Positions 22,954 to 34,761 of a stretch of DNA of 64,000 nt are shown here, piece after piece. The position numbers and the translations under genes were made by a program. The DNA is from Phyllobates terribilis (taxonomy: Eukaryota), in NCBI RefSeq assembly GCF_046119375.1, contig NW_027362765.1:231508001-231572000 (forward strand). The letters are read 5' to 3'. The notes beneath the pieces are model-generated. The model did not search any database, had not been told where the DNA came from, and saw only the letters and a program-made list of their open reading frames with translations. Position 1 is the first letter of the stretch. Every line of letters starts with the position of its first letter.

Positions 22954-25035
22954 CTGCAAAACAGCAAAAGACGTGTTCACACATTTATAGGTCGTTTTGG
23001 CACTGCAGATTAAAGATGTGCCAAATTCATTAAGAGGCGCCAACCCTTCCATGAACTATGCAGATCTAACTCCAGGGCACACTTCATCCTGATTGGCATG
23101 TGAAATGCCAGTCTTGCTGAATCAGGGCCACTGAGGCCAATTTACTAAAGTTGTTTAACTTTTAGATAGACTGCCTAAGACAGCTTGTCAGATCCATCAC
23201 AGTGGTTCATGCTAGATGTTGGATCTGGCACATTTTTAGACTGTCAAGTTTACAATAAGCAAACCAAGATGACATCATTACATCAAGTTTACATTAATTG
23301 GTTTACTTTGGATCAAAAACTTTTGGGACATTGTGGAGGACTTTAGATCACTTCCATACCGAGTGTATTGAAAAAATATGTCTAAAACACATAGTAAGTG
23401 TGGAGCAAGGCATATAAGACCACTCTTCCTGAAAGTTATTAAAGATCCACAATGACCCCAACTAATACTGAGAACAGAGCTCTGGAACACGGGAAGCAGG
23501 CTCTATATAGCGCCATCTTGAATAGAGTGAAGGTGCGTATGCTTGACCTCTGCTTCAGTCATTCTTTTCTGCAACAGTCCCATAGACAAAGTACAGTGAT
23601 CCAGATCAGCACCCCATTTTTGAGTAAATTGGTGGTCTTAGCAGTTGGACCCCAAACATCAGTAGGTTATCCCCTATCCAGAACTTTGTTGATTGGGACT
23701 AATCCTCTGAACTAGTATTCTGGCACAGAGCTTAGTAAATCAGTCCCACTGTGTGACACCATCTCAAAGGAATAAGTTATAAAAGGGGTTTTCTCATCAT
23801 AAATAGGTAAAATTGCATGCTAGTAAAAACAGACAACTTTGCAATTTACTGCTTATTATAAGGTATATTCCAAGATCCTATCCCAATATTTAGGTGTAAT
23901 AATAATAATAATAATAGCAAATACCTCCAATTAGAAATGTAGTATAGTTCTTCTGATTCACCATGTCGCTTACCCCTTGTGCAGAGGATTTCTTTAGCTT
24001 AGGTATCCATCTTTACGACCACTCAGAGTGACAGCTGTTAGTGGTTGTAATCATGGATGGCTAAGGTACTGCAATGCCCTGGACATGGGGTAAGAGACAT
24101 AGTGAATCAGAAGAACTATACTACATTTCTAATTGGCGGTATTTGCTAGTATTATTACACCTACTACATATTGGGATAGGATCTTGGAATACCCTTTTCC
24201 ATCCTCAAGAAGCGGGATTTCTAATTTCATTATTTACAACTCGTTGCCTTGGTTAAAGGCCCTGCCGCAGTCAGGGGGCGTCAGATTCTGAGGCAAAGAG
24301 CGTTCTGTTGCAATCTGTTTGATCTAGAAATTACAGACGATGCCCAGAACCCTGCGCTCCCCGGATACAGCAGAAGCACATCGGCCTCCGTGTACACCAC
24401 GTGAGAGCGCATGATTTGGGGCAGCAGCGGAGCCATGTCACTGGCCTGAGCAGCTGCAGGAGGAACGTGAGATTACGTACACTGCACAGCTCTTTGCAGT
24501 GACTTATGACTCCAGAAAAGAGGAATATACTTTCCTTATTAGTTTCAAGGGAATGTCCATTACAAATATTTAAAATATAAGACAAAACGAGGCCCTGGCC
24601 GTGCAAGGTATAAGAAACTAACAGGGCAGGAAACAGTCGCCTGACACTCACAAGTCCTGCTGATTTATTCTAGTTTGGATTGGCTGCAGCGGTCATACAG
24701 TACTCCCTGAAGAGGTACACCGGCCGCAGTACACAGATCAGGTGGGGTCCAGTAAGGGATTCTTTCATTTTCAGCTCTGCCATTTATTAATGGACGACAC
24801 CCATCAACAGTCTCCTATCCTGGCACTTCGGTTAGATGCCTCTACCCCCAGACCATTGAGCGCTGATGCAGGGCTGCCCGGCCACCTGCCTGCACCAGGT
24901 CACTCCATGAGGCCAGTACAGACAGGGCCTCCCCTCCTATGTGGTGCAGCTGGTATGGAACTACAAGTCCCAGCATGCAGTGCAGCTACATGCACAGATT
25001 ACCCAGCACTGCGGCGCCGCCACAATATGAAGCAC

Positions 25036-25157
25036 CTGTATAGATCTTTATCTAATGGCTCCAAATTCAGGACGCTGGTGACCAACACGCTCCTCAAATC
25101 CTTTGGTCCTTTCTCTTCAGGCTCCAGCAAGTCATCCGGCTGCAGGGAGGCGGCCAT
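25036..25157 (-). CDS. ACOT8: Acyl-CoA thioesterase 8, exon 1
   Basis: aagATGg at 25157; MAASLQPDDLLEPEEKGPKDLRSVLVTSVLNLEPLDKDLY; donor GT at 25035. The six exons total 954 nt = 317 aa plus stop. Confidence 0.93.
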
Positions 25158-25159
25158 CT

Positions 25160-25510
25160 TCCTAGTCACGTGATCACACGGTCATATTCTGGACTTCGCC
25201 CGACAACTTAGAAGCACAAACTCCAGCTGCAACAACCGGAAATGACGAGAGGTAAATAAAACAATCTGCGCATGGCTATTGGGTAAGCCCCGCCCATATT
25301 TATAGCTAGTTCTCATTGGTTATTCGGACAAGCTGCTGATTGTTGCACTTCCGCCTTATCATTTGCGACATTGGATTGGGTCAGTCTCTGACCACGTGCC
25401 ATGCATTCTGGTTATTGATTGGTTTAATAGCTCGTGTCCTGTGTAACCGCATCAATGATTGGTCAGACTTTATGGGCGGTGGCTGCGTCCTGATATAAAA
25501 CCGTTGTTAA
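25160..25510. promoter_or_regulatory. Bidirectional ACOT8/ZSWIM3 promoter
   Basis: Head-to-head genes; gtcacgtga (25165-73), ccggaaatgacg (25236-47, ETS plus CRE half-site), GC boxes (25288-95, 25474-79), acttccg (25347-53), cacgtg (25393-98), six ATTGG boxes, tataaaa (25494-500); locally CpG-rich. Confidence 0.75.
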
Positions 25511-25845
25511 AGGGGCCGGGCATAAAATCGGTGCGTGAACAGGAAGCCGAGGTACAGTGTAGTCTTCTAGCTGTCCACACAAAGGGCAGAGAAGTAGCAT
25601 GAAATAAGGCGGGAGTCAGTGAGAACAGCTTCATTCATAGTGGGGCAGACCCAGGATGCATCTGAAGCCACACATGTGTGCCCATGAGCCACAAAGGCCA
25701 GTAGGAAGAGCAGACATCAGGCCATCTCCTTATTGACTGTATGAAGCCTGGACAGAAACCTCTACTTCTGCCCTTATCCCTCTAAATATATAAGGTGAAA
25801 GCCGCATCCATGGACCAACCCAACAGCAGTGATCGTCTGACGACC

Positions 25846-26000
25846 ATGCAGCAGGGCACCTGCTTCATCAACTATGCCGACTTCCAGGGGTTCTTCACCG
25901 CTTTCAAGAAGGACACCAACTCCAACTACAGCATCCAGAGCAGCGTGTCTGTCCACCACCACAACAGCAAGTTCAGCATCCGCATCCGGCCAGACATAAT
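25846..26000 (+). CDS. ZSWIM3: Zinc finger SWIM-type 3, coding exon 1 (alternative in-frame ATG at 25810)
   Basis: accATG at 25846; MQQGTCFINYADFQGFFTAFKK...IRPDI parallels the human [21 protein letters not shown] start; 155 nt, donor GTAAGG at 26001 (phase 2). Confidence 0.88.
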
Positions 26001-26479
26001 GTAAGGACCCTGCTGGGAGAGGGCTTCTGGTATATTCTTCATAAGAGGAGCAGCCCTTTAGCTTGTGCAGAATGTATGATGACAAAGTTAGTACTTGCCC
26101 TACAGCTCCAGGCTGGTGGACCCTGCTGCTATTTCTTTACTTCCTACAGCAGTTATGTCAGGTACAAGATTTGTGATTGGCTGCAGCGGTCATACCCTTG
26201 TATGCGATATCATTGCTGCCGAGACGTAAATTAAAAACAGATGGGGACGTCTGTAGTGATGGGAGTATTGGTAATTATTTGATCACGTTTCTTCCTACTC
26301 GTTTTTTTTTTCTAGTCCTGGACAGTCCCTTTGACTATTTGTGGACCTCCAAATGACTTAAAGGGTTATTCTCAAGTTCTTTATTGGGTATATTTTCAAA
26401 GTACTTAACCAAGAGAATTTTGCTACTTCTTAAAATTCTCATTTTTAATTCTATTATGTACAGCTCATTGCTTACTTAA

Positions 26480-27016
26480 TGCGCACCTGTCAGCAGGATT
26501 GTGCTCAATAAGCTACATACACTGTCAGGTGGGCGACATTACACTGATTAATATGATACCTTGGTTGATGAAATCCATCCTGTAGTTCTTGTGTAATCTT
26601 TACTTTCAGTTTGGAGATAATGATATGCTTGTGCTTCAGGGTGGGCCTGTGGGGGGTGCGCTATCTGGTGCTCTGCTTACATATGCATCTGTATGCTCTT
26701 ATGACAGCTCACTGTGCCTTCACTGCCTCCTATTTTACATAATGCATCTAGTAGTGCGGGTCTAGGTAAAATAGGAGGCAGGTCAGTTAAGGCACGGTGA
26801 TCTGTCATAAGAGCATACAGATGAACATGTAAGCAGAGTACCAGATAGAGGGCCCCCCACAGCATGAGCATATCATTATCTCCAAACTGAAAGTAAAGAT
26901 TACACAAGAACCACAGGATGGATTTCATCAACCAAGGTATCATATTAATCAGTGTAATGTCGCTCACCTGACAGTGTATGTAGTTTACTCAGCATAATCC
27001 TGCTGACAGGTGCTCT
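26480..27016. mobile_element. TTAA-flanked fold-back MITE (partial copies ~17088-17360 and ~55005-55247)
   Basis: TTAA at 26476-79 and 27017-20; arms gcgcacctgtcagcaggatt / aatcctgctgacaggtgctc with long internal inverted repeats. Confidence 0.85.
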
Positions 27017-29135
27017 TTAAGTGGCTACCTCTGCAGTCTCAGCACTGGCTGGTCTCCTATTTAAGGAGCACAGCGCTTATAAGCTCTTTTCTGTGCAGTG
27101 AAGCTGGCCTAATTACTGGATCTGGCAAGAGTCAGTACCATTGCACTCCTCTGATGCTGCAGAGGCAAAGCTGCCTTTGCTTACATTGGAGAGAACACAT
27201 TTGGGGCCAGTGGTGCAACCATGCCACTGGTCCAAACTGTCAGTTACTAGCACATCGCCCGCCGGGACGCTGCGCCCCTGAAACTAAATGTTGAGATAAC
27301 TAAAACATTAGGCCGTTCTGCATTTTACCCTGTAGTTGTGTTTTAGAAAGTCATTGCAGACTGCAAAGAAATGATGCAGGAGCAGAGAACTAATTGTCAG
27401 AGATGGCCAGACACTCTAGAGAATGTCATCTCTCCCCTCCTGATCAATGTATACGCAGTTCTAGAAGCAACATCTCTTCCTTCCTAGCATTCATGTGATT
27501 GCTGGTTGTCAAGCGATATGGCTGCTGGAAGAAAGGTAGGAAAAAATACAATTGCTTGGTGCCAATAGTTGTAATGGCAATCTGGAGGTCTACTGGTCTT
27601 CCCTCAAGGTGAAAGAAGTCTGATACCCTGCGGTAAATATTGCAGGATATTAGACCAGTGATCAAAATAGACAAAACTTCCAGACTAAGTAAAAAAAAAA
27701 AAAAAAAGTCTCTAATTTTAGAAAATTATGCAAAAAAAGTACATTTTTCTCCACTAAAAACTCTGTAATGTATAAACAAACGTGCACATTGGTATCGCTG
27801 CATCTGGAACGATGAGAGCTGTAAAACGCTCTATTTAACCTGTACAATGAGCACCAAAATGCTCTACCACTTTTACTACACTATGAATAGCAGAAAAAAG
27901 ACCATGAATTTCTTGTGTTCACTCTGCCACCCAAAAATCTAAAGAAAAAGTGATCAAAAAATCTTATGTAGTAAAAGAAATTGCAAAATATGAAAGACTA
28001 TATAACCCTGATGTCGCAGTTATTGTACTGACCCGGAGAATAATGTAGTCATCACTTTTACCGGTGAACAGCGTTGTTAAAAAATAAATTCAATAATTGT
28101 TGTTTTGGTTCATTCTATCTTCCATTTTTATGGCTTTCAGACTATAAAAAGCCTCAAAATTATGTAACTGCTAATGACACCAATAAAAATTTCACCTCAT
28201 TCTGCAAAAGCAAGACCCAATTCAGATCTGAAACTAGAGTCTTTTTTATGTTTAGGCCACATCAGTATTTGACATCAGTATTTGTAAGCCAAAACCAGGA
28301 GTGGGTGATAAATACAGAAGTGGTGACGTGTTTCTATTATACTTTTTCCTCTGATTGTCCCTCTCCTGGTTTTGGCTTACAAATACTGAGGTAAAAAACG
28401 GAACATGTGAACGTGGCCTAATATGACATTGCTGCAGAGAGGAGAATCCACTGAAAGGGATTCTCTGGGTATACGCAGAGCAGTGGCGGAAGCTGCCGAT
28501 GCCGCCCCAGTGATTGAAACCGGAACGTTGCTGGCAGGAATAAAGTTAATTTTCTACCAGCAGCGTTTGGTTAAGTGTGGGTGCCGGGCAAGTTAACCCT
28601 ATATCTGCAGCTTAGTGTTTTTTTCTGGCTACAGGTTCCCTTTAATTCATATGCAGCACCTGAGGGTAATTGTTGAACACCTCGAGGGGTGCTGTTATTC
28701 AAATGTGGTTTTGTTTGGGGCTTTTTTGACACTTGGGGCCCCCCTCAAATTCACTTCAAAAGAGAAGTCGTCCCTTAGAAAGAAAAATTTAATTTGTAAG
28801 TTTCTTTATAAAAAAAAATAATTGTGGCAAAACTTTCAACCCTTCTAATATCATAACAAAGTAAAATGACATTTGAAAATCATAAATGTTTATATGGTAA
28901 ATGTCATTTATTTTGTGTGGTGTGACTATTTTAAGGGAATACAATTCAAAGTTTGGCAATGGTAAAATTTAGATATTTTCATAAATTCAAAACCTCTGGG
29001 CATAAAATTACCATTATGGTAAAGTTCAAGGTGTCACAAACAGCCTCAGAATCACTGGGATCAGAAGAAACATTGACCCTTTATCCCACTACCTTCTTTG
29101 TCATTTAACCTTTTACATTTATTTCTGCATTTCAG

Positions 29136-31269
29136 ATACACTGAGGTGACATTTTGTTGCTCCACACTTCAGGGACACAATGGTAAAAGAAAGCCTGACC
29201 ACATTATCTGTCCAGCCTTTTTTGTTCTGCATTATGATACGGACCTAGATTGTTTAGTGGTTAAAGAAGAATGTTCAACTCACATCCATTCCAAGGATAC
29301 AACATCACCTCAAGCATCTCTCATTCATCCACCCGAAACGGGAGAACTGTCGCCTAACTCGGAGGTCCCATTTAAAAAGATTTGCAACGAAAGTCTATCT
29401 CTGTCTCCGAAGAAGGAACATGACCAAAAGGAAGTTCAACAAGACAGCCAATCCTCGTGCAAGGCTGAGAGTAATTTGCCTTCAGAAATGCAAGACATTG
29501 ATGATGAAGGCAATAGCAAACCTACGTCTGCCACCATCAAAGACTCCAGTCCTGAGGGACTATCCATAGATGCTTTTTCACGTGTAGATGGTTTCATTAA
29601 AGACTTCCAAAAAGTAGATGCTGGATCAAAATCATTGCTAACGGTCGGAGTTGAAAACCAAGTGGAGCGACTATGTTTCCAAACAAGTACGATGAGTCAG
29701 TTGTTCCTCAAGTTTCCAGAGAGCATTTTGCTTCATAAGGTTTCTAGCAAAATTGGGTGCACTTTGTATGCCTTACTTGTGGAAACCAAAGAACGCATGG
29801 CTAAAATAGTTTACTTTTCTTTTGTAAAAGAAGAAAATGCAAAGAACATTTCCAAAATGCTGGAAACGTTTAAACTTTTCAATTCTGAATGGTCAAAGGT
29901 AAAAGTTATCCATACAGATACTGCTTTTAAGCAAGTAGATGTTCTAAAGGAAACATTTCCATCAAGGCAGGTCTTACTTTCAGTGTATCACACAGCACGT
30001 CTCATTGAAAAGAAGACCAAAGGATCCGCTCAGTTTAGGTACTGTATCAGTAAGTTGATTGAAGACGCAGTCTATGAGACCACTCCTCTGAAGTTAAGCT
30101 GCTTGGCCCAGAAACTTGAGCACAAATTAGACAAAGACCTCTATGCTAAACTCTGCAAAGAGTGGTTTTCAAATGAGCTGGTATGGTACATGCATGTAAA
30201 GAAAGGCATACTTTCTTGTACGACTTACATGGACAGCGTAGAAATAATCGATGTGACTATCTCCAGTTGCCTTACAAATCAGAGCTCAATGGAAAATGCT
30301 ATCCAAGAGTTTCTTAAGTCTGCCGACTGTTTCAACAAAGAAGGGAAGAGGAAAGGTGTTTCTCCAGGCTTTTACAAGAAGCTATTTACATCACAGCCTC
30401 AAATTACTACAAATAAAGTATGTCAAATCCTGCCCACACTACAATCTCCTCCATCTGATTCAAAGGCCTTCTCTAAGCCCATGCAAAAGAAAGCCACTAA
30501 GTGGGTAAACAAATATTCCAGTGTGAACAATGGACTCATTGTAAACCCAAAGTTGGGTGTCTGGAAACCAGTTAGGCTAATAAATAAAATGCTAGTGTCC
30601 CTAAAAGAGTCCTGCAATGAAGTTGCCTTTCAGTTGTGTTCAAAAGAGTGGGAAGTAGTTCTGAGATCTACTCATCTAATCAATGTGCAAACTAGTTTTA
30701 CTACTGTCCAGATCCTAGAAGAAAGCCACAGTGTGTGTTTAAGTGAACATTCTTGTACATGCTATTTTAACAAGGGCTACAAATTGCCATGTCGTCATAT
30801 TTTGAGCATGCTTTATCTATACCAAAAGCCAGTGGAAGAGAACATGGTGAGTCTCAGATGGCGTAAAAACTATTTGCAACCCATATCGGACTCGAGGGTG
30901 TATGATAAGGTCTTGCACTACACAAAAACTAAGGCAGAAACCATGGAAAGAATCGACATAATTAAGAGTCTGACTAAGGAACTGTATAATCTCATCATGC
31001 AGTGTGATGTAGAAGAAATGCAAGACAGGATTTCTACGTTACAGATGATGGCTGATATGTGGCACAATGACTCAATCGACATGTCACCATTTCCAAAACA
31101 AGAAAAGGAACCTGAGCTCCCTTACCACTGGGTGAAGATAGAGCCTGTAGAAGGGAAAAACAGTTCTGGCTATGAGCTGTGCAGGCTGGATCGTAAATCA
31201 CCTCTTGAGTTAAAAATGAATTATCCTGAACTAAATGAGATTTGTCAGACCCAAGCTTCCTATGATTGA
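29136..31269 (+). CDS. ZSWIM3: Zinc finger SWIM-type 3, coding exon 2 (MULE-derived RNase-H-like region plus SWIM finger)
   Basis: Acceptor tttcag at 29130-35; AT|A joins in frame; FPESILLHKV, WFSNELVWYMHVKKG, SWIM CTCYFNKGYKLPCRH; 762 aa from ATG 25846. Confidence 0.95.
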
Positions 31270-31399
31270 ACGCTACGTATGTTTTAAATTGACTTTAATC
31301 AACACTGGAATATGAAAAACATTTTAGGAAATGGCAACTATAAGTTTCCTGTAAAGTGGGCACTTAGATGAAGAGTTCTTCCCAATCCTGATGGGTTAA

Positions 31400-32127
31400 A
31401 GAGGACCTTTTCACCAGTTTGAGCGTGTCATACTAACCACTTGATGGATTGGTGGCTGCAAAGCTAAAGAAAAATGTTTTACTTTGTAATTTCTCCTCTC
31501 TGTTGTGGAGATATTAGCTTGTAAAGTTTAGGTTATAATTTCTAAAAAAAAAAAAGCTCAGCTTGGTGTTATGAGAGATTTATCTCTGGGGGCGTGTATT
31601 TCTTCCCCTTCATGAGGTTGACCAATCATAAACAGGCAGCAACACACAGGGGAAAAAAGAAAGTGCCTTCCTCTCCTCACTGAGCTCTGCTGTCTCTCTG
31701 CATAGAGATAAGTTACTTTTCATTGCAAACCATTCCAGAACTCATCTCATGGCAGTCAGTGTGGGGAAAGGTGAGAGCGAACCGCAATGTAAGATGAGAT
31801 CTGGAAGTGTTTGTAATGATACAGCAGAGCAGAGTTATGTATCTCCGTTCGGTAGCTGCAGAGATCAGTGAGGAGAGAAGGGCGTTTTCTCCTCTGTATG
31901 TTATTGCCTGCTTATGATTAGCCACCCTGATGCCAGCAAAGTACATGTCACCAGAAACAAATCTCTGATAACGCCCAGTTGAACTTTACATAAATTATAA
32001 CCTAAATGTTCCAAGCAAATATCTCTGCAATGAAGGGGGCAATTAAAAAACTGTTTTCCTTAGCTCTACAGCCACTATTCCATCATTTTAGCCAGTACGA
32101 CATGCTCACTCTGGTCAATGAGCTTCT
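31400..32127. mobile_element. TTAA-flanked T2/Kolobok-type MITE just downstream of the ZSWIM3 stop
   Basis: TTAA at 31396-99 and 32128-31; imperfect TIR agaggaccttttcaccag / ctggtcaatgagcttct; internal inverted blocks. Confidence 0.7.
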
Positions 32128-32787
32128 TTAAACGGGTTGTCAAGGTCTTTCTCTGGAAGTTGAGTGCAATTCCAGACCCTACTCTTTGGCAGTGCTCTTG
32201 TCTAAGAAATAAAAGTAGACCCAGTTTTATAATCCTGGATAAACGTTCAAAGGAATTTTCTGGGACTTAGGATGACACATCAGAGGGGGAGAATGAATCC
32301 CCTGGCACACCTGTTCTGCTGATTTTAAAGAATGGAGGCATTTTGGTTAGCACCACATAATGATCAATTTCTAGCAGGCAGAGCTTAGTACATTTTGTAA
32401 TGATTGTCTGGTACTACTTTGCAGTCCCATTCAGTTGTAGGACACAACAGCAATGAGCTTAAGTACCAAACACAACCCCTATACCATTTATGGGGCCATG
32501 CCTGGTAAATAATAAAGGAGGCATGATCGGTGGGGATGTTGTACATTTACTTCATTCCCATTGTTCTGTTCTAAGGCTGATACTGATGACTTCAAGTCCC
32601 AGAAAACCTCTTAGTACAGGTGATTAACATTGTTCTCATTACATAGCTGCTCTCAAATGTCCTTTCTAGCTGGATACTAGGGACAAGTTACAGCCCCCAT
32701 ACTCTGGTTATGAGAGTAGTGAGACTATTAGATGGCCAAGTTTAAAGTCAGAGGCGCTTTGATTTGTACTTCCTTTTCCAACATTAA

Positions 32788-33159
32788 AGAAAACCTATCA
32801 CCAGGTCAAGTGCCCAGTTTTGATTTTTCATGGTGCTCCTCTGTATATTCCATTTTTTTTTTTTTTTTTTTTTAACAATTCACCATACTGTTCCAGAGAT
32901 ATAGGGCTTTTTATTTGGTGCTAATTTTTATATTCTTTACAAAGGTTCTTACACGGTAATAATGCTGAGCAGTCTAAAGACATACCCCTATAGAATTCTG
33001 TGAGACACACTCCCTTGCGAAGACTATTAAAATGGGCACTAAATAAAAAGGCCCAAATCTCCGGGACCAAATGGAGACTGGAAAAAAAATATACTTTGGA
33101 GTATTGGGAATAAAATAAGATCAAAAACTGCCCACGTTTGACAAGGTGAGAGGTCACCT
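32788..33159. mobile_element. TTAA-flanked fold-back MITE
   Basis: TTAA at both ends; internal inverted arms gggctttttatttggtgc / gcactaaataaaaaggccc. Confidence 0.65.
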
Positions 33160-33706
33160 TTAAATCCAAATGAATTGTTTGAATACTTTTCTAGAATTTT
33201 TAGAAAAAACTGATAGGTGGAGTGTGGTTTCTGTAGGTCTGGATACAACAAATTTACAGATGCTGTCATTATGTAGATTTTATTAAAAAGGTTTGAATTT
33301 TATGTGAAATTAATTTCTATTGTAGTGAAATAAAGTTGTGCATAGTTTATATGAAACAAATGTTTTGACACCATGAATTTATAAAGTTATTTGTTTTTTT
33401 TCTGTACCTAAAAGGCTATTAGTTCATTTGAGGGCATTACGCATTGGCATCAAAGTGATCTAATCTATTAAAAAGCGACTTTCCAATAATCTTTACACCT
33501 GGACCTTGCTATTAAAATTTCATATATTTATTAGTCTGTGTCTTGTGTATGATTATACTTCATCTACAATGGGAACCATGAAAAGATCTCAGTTGGAAAA
33601 GTGGATGCTAGACCAAGGCCATACAAAGAGGATTAGTATCGGATGAAACGTGGGTCATCAATCATACTGTATCACTTGCAGAAATGATCCAACCATCCAG
33701 CATATC

Positions 33707-34091
33707 CAGTGCTGTGGAGTCGGTAAGCCAAACCTTTGATTTCTGACTCCACCGCGCTGCCTCACTACTGAGCGTGTACATAAAGTGCAGCACAGATTCA
33801 TCTCACTGCCTCACTACTGAGCGTGTACATAAAGTGCAGCACAGATTCATCTCACTGCCTCACTACTGAGCGTGTACATAAAGTGCAGCACAGATTCATC
33901 TCAACTAAAAGCCGAGATCCTTAGATCAGAAACAGAACAGGTATTTATAGGACATTTCATAACTTTCCCAAATTCTTAAAACATTTACAGCACATCCTCC
34001 ATTGTACTACTGTACCCAATTTATTATATATTGTCGGAGTCTGTCCATTTTATACCGACTCCACCAAATGAACACCGACTCCACAGCTCTG
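33707..34091. mobile_element. hAT MITE (cagtgctgtggagtcgg...ccgactccacagctctg) with an internal 3 x 49-bp tandem repeat
   Basis: TIRs as named; perfect 49-bp units start at 33757, 33806 and 33855; relative at 44556-44841. Confidence 0.75.
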
Positions 34092-34241
34092 AGTATAGTA
34101 AAGTCTATGAAATTGTGTTATTGCATGAATACCAATAGAGCTGATGAGATTTTTAGGGATCTGTCCTTCAACCCCAAACATTAAATGGGTAAAATTGCAA
34201 AACAAAACAACACTGGGTCGAAATGGGGGAGAGCTCACCAC

Positions 34242-34540
34242 TAGTGTTGAGCGAGTATGTTCTGTTAACCATTTCGCCGAGTATGCTCGGGCCGAGCACC
34301 AAGTAGTTACAGCTGCTCGGTGATATGCTTGAATCGCTCCCGTGTACATGATTTGCGACTGTTTGACAGCTTTACTACATGTGAGGAATGTCTATTTCTT
34401 ACACATTCCTCACATGTAATAAAGCTGCAAACAGTTGCAAATCATGCACACGGGAGCGATTTAACCTTATCACAGAGCAGCTGTAAATACTCGGAGCTTG
34501 GCCCGAGCATACTCGGACAGAACATACTCGCTCAACCCTA
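34242..34540. mobile_element. hAT MITE copy 2 (same family as 14731-15024, opposite orientation)
   Basis: Perfect 8-bp TSD ctcaccac (34234-41 and 34541-48). Confidence 0.92.
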
Positions 34541-34761
34541 CTCACCACTTAATACAGACACATGATCATGTGAACAGAGTCCTTGATTTACAAGTTATCA
34601 GAAAATCCGTAATGAAACAGCAAGTATCCCTGTAAACTTCATTATCAAATGAAGTAAATAAATCCAAGTGATGAGGTACCTAAGCCGGTAGCACAGAATA
34701 AAAAGTATGTCTGCTATACTGGACAAGTGGTGAAAAGGTATTTATTATACTCACAATAGTA

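Noticed and set aside
24742-25173. 143-aa plus-strand ORF
   Set aside because: Antisense shadow of ACOT8 exon 1 and GC-rich intron start; no recognisable motifs.
33600-33660. Possible hammerhead around gatgaaacgtgggtc
   Set aside because: No CUGANGA-like core or pairing stem I upstream.
33757-33903. CRISPR-like array
   Set aside because: Eukaryotic DNA; units are directly adjacent with no spacers and no cas genes.
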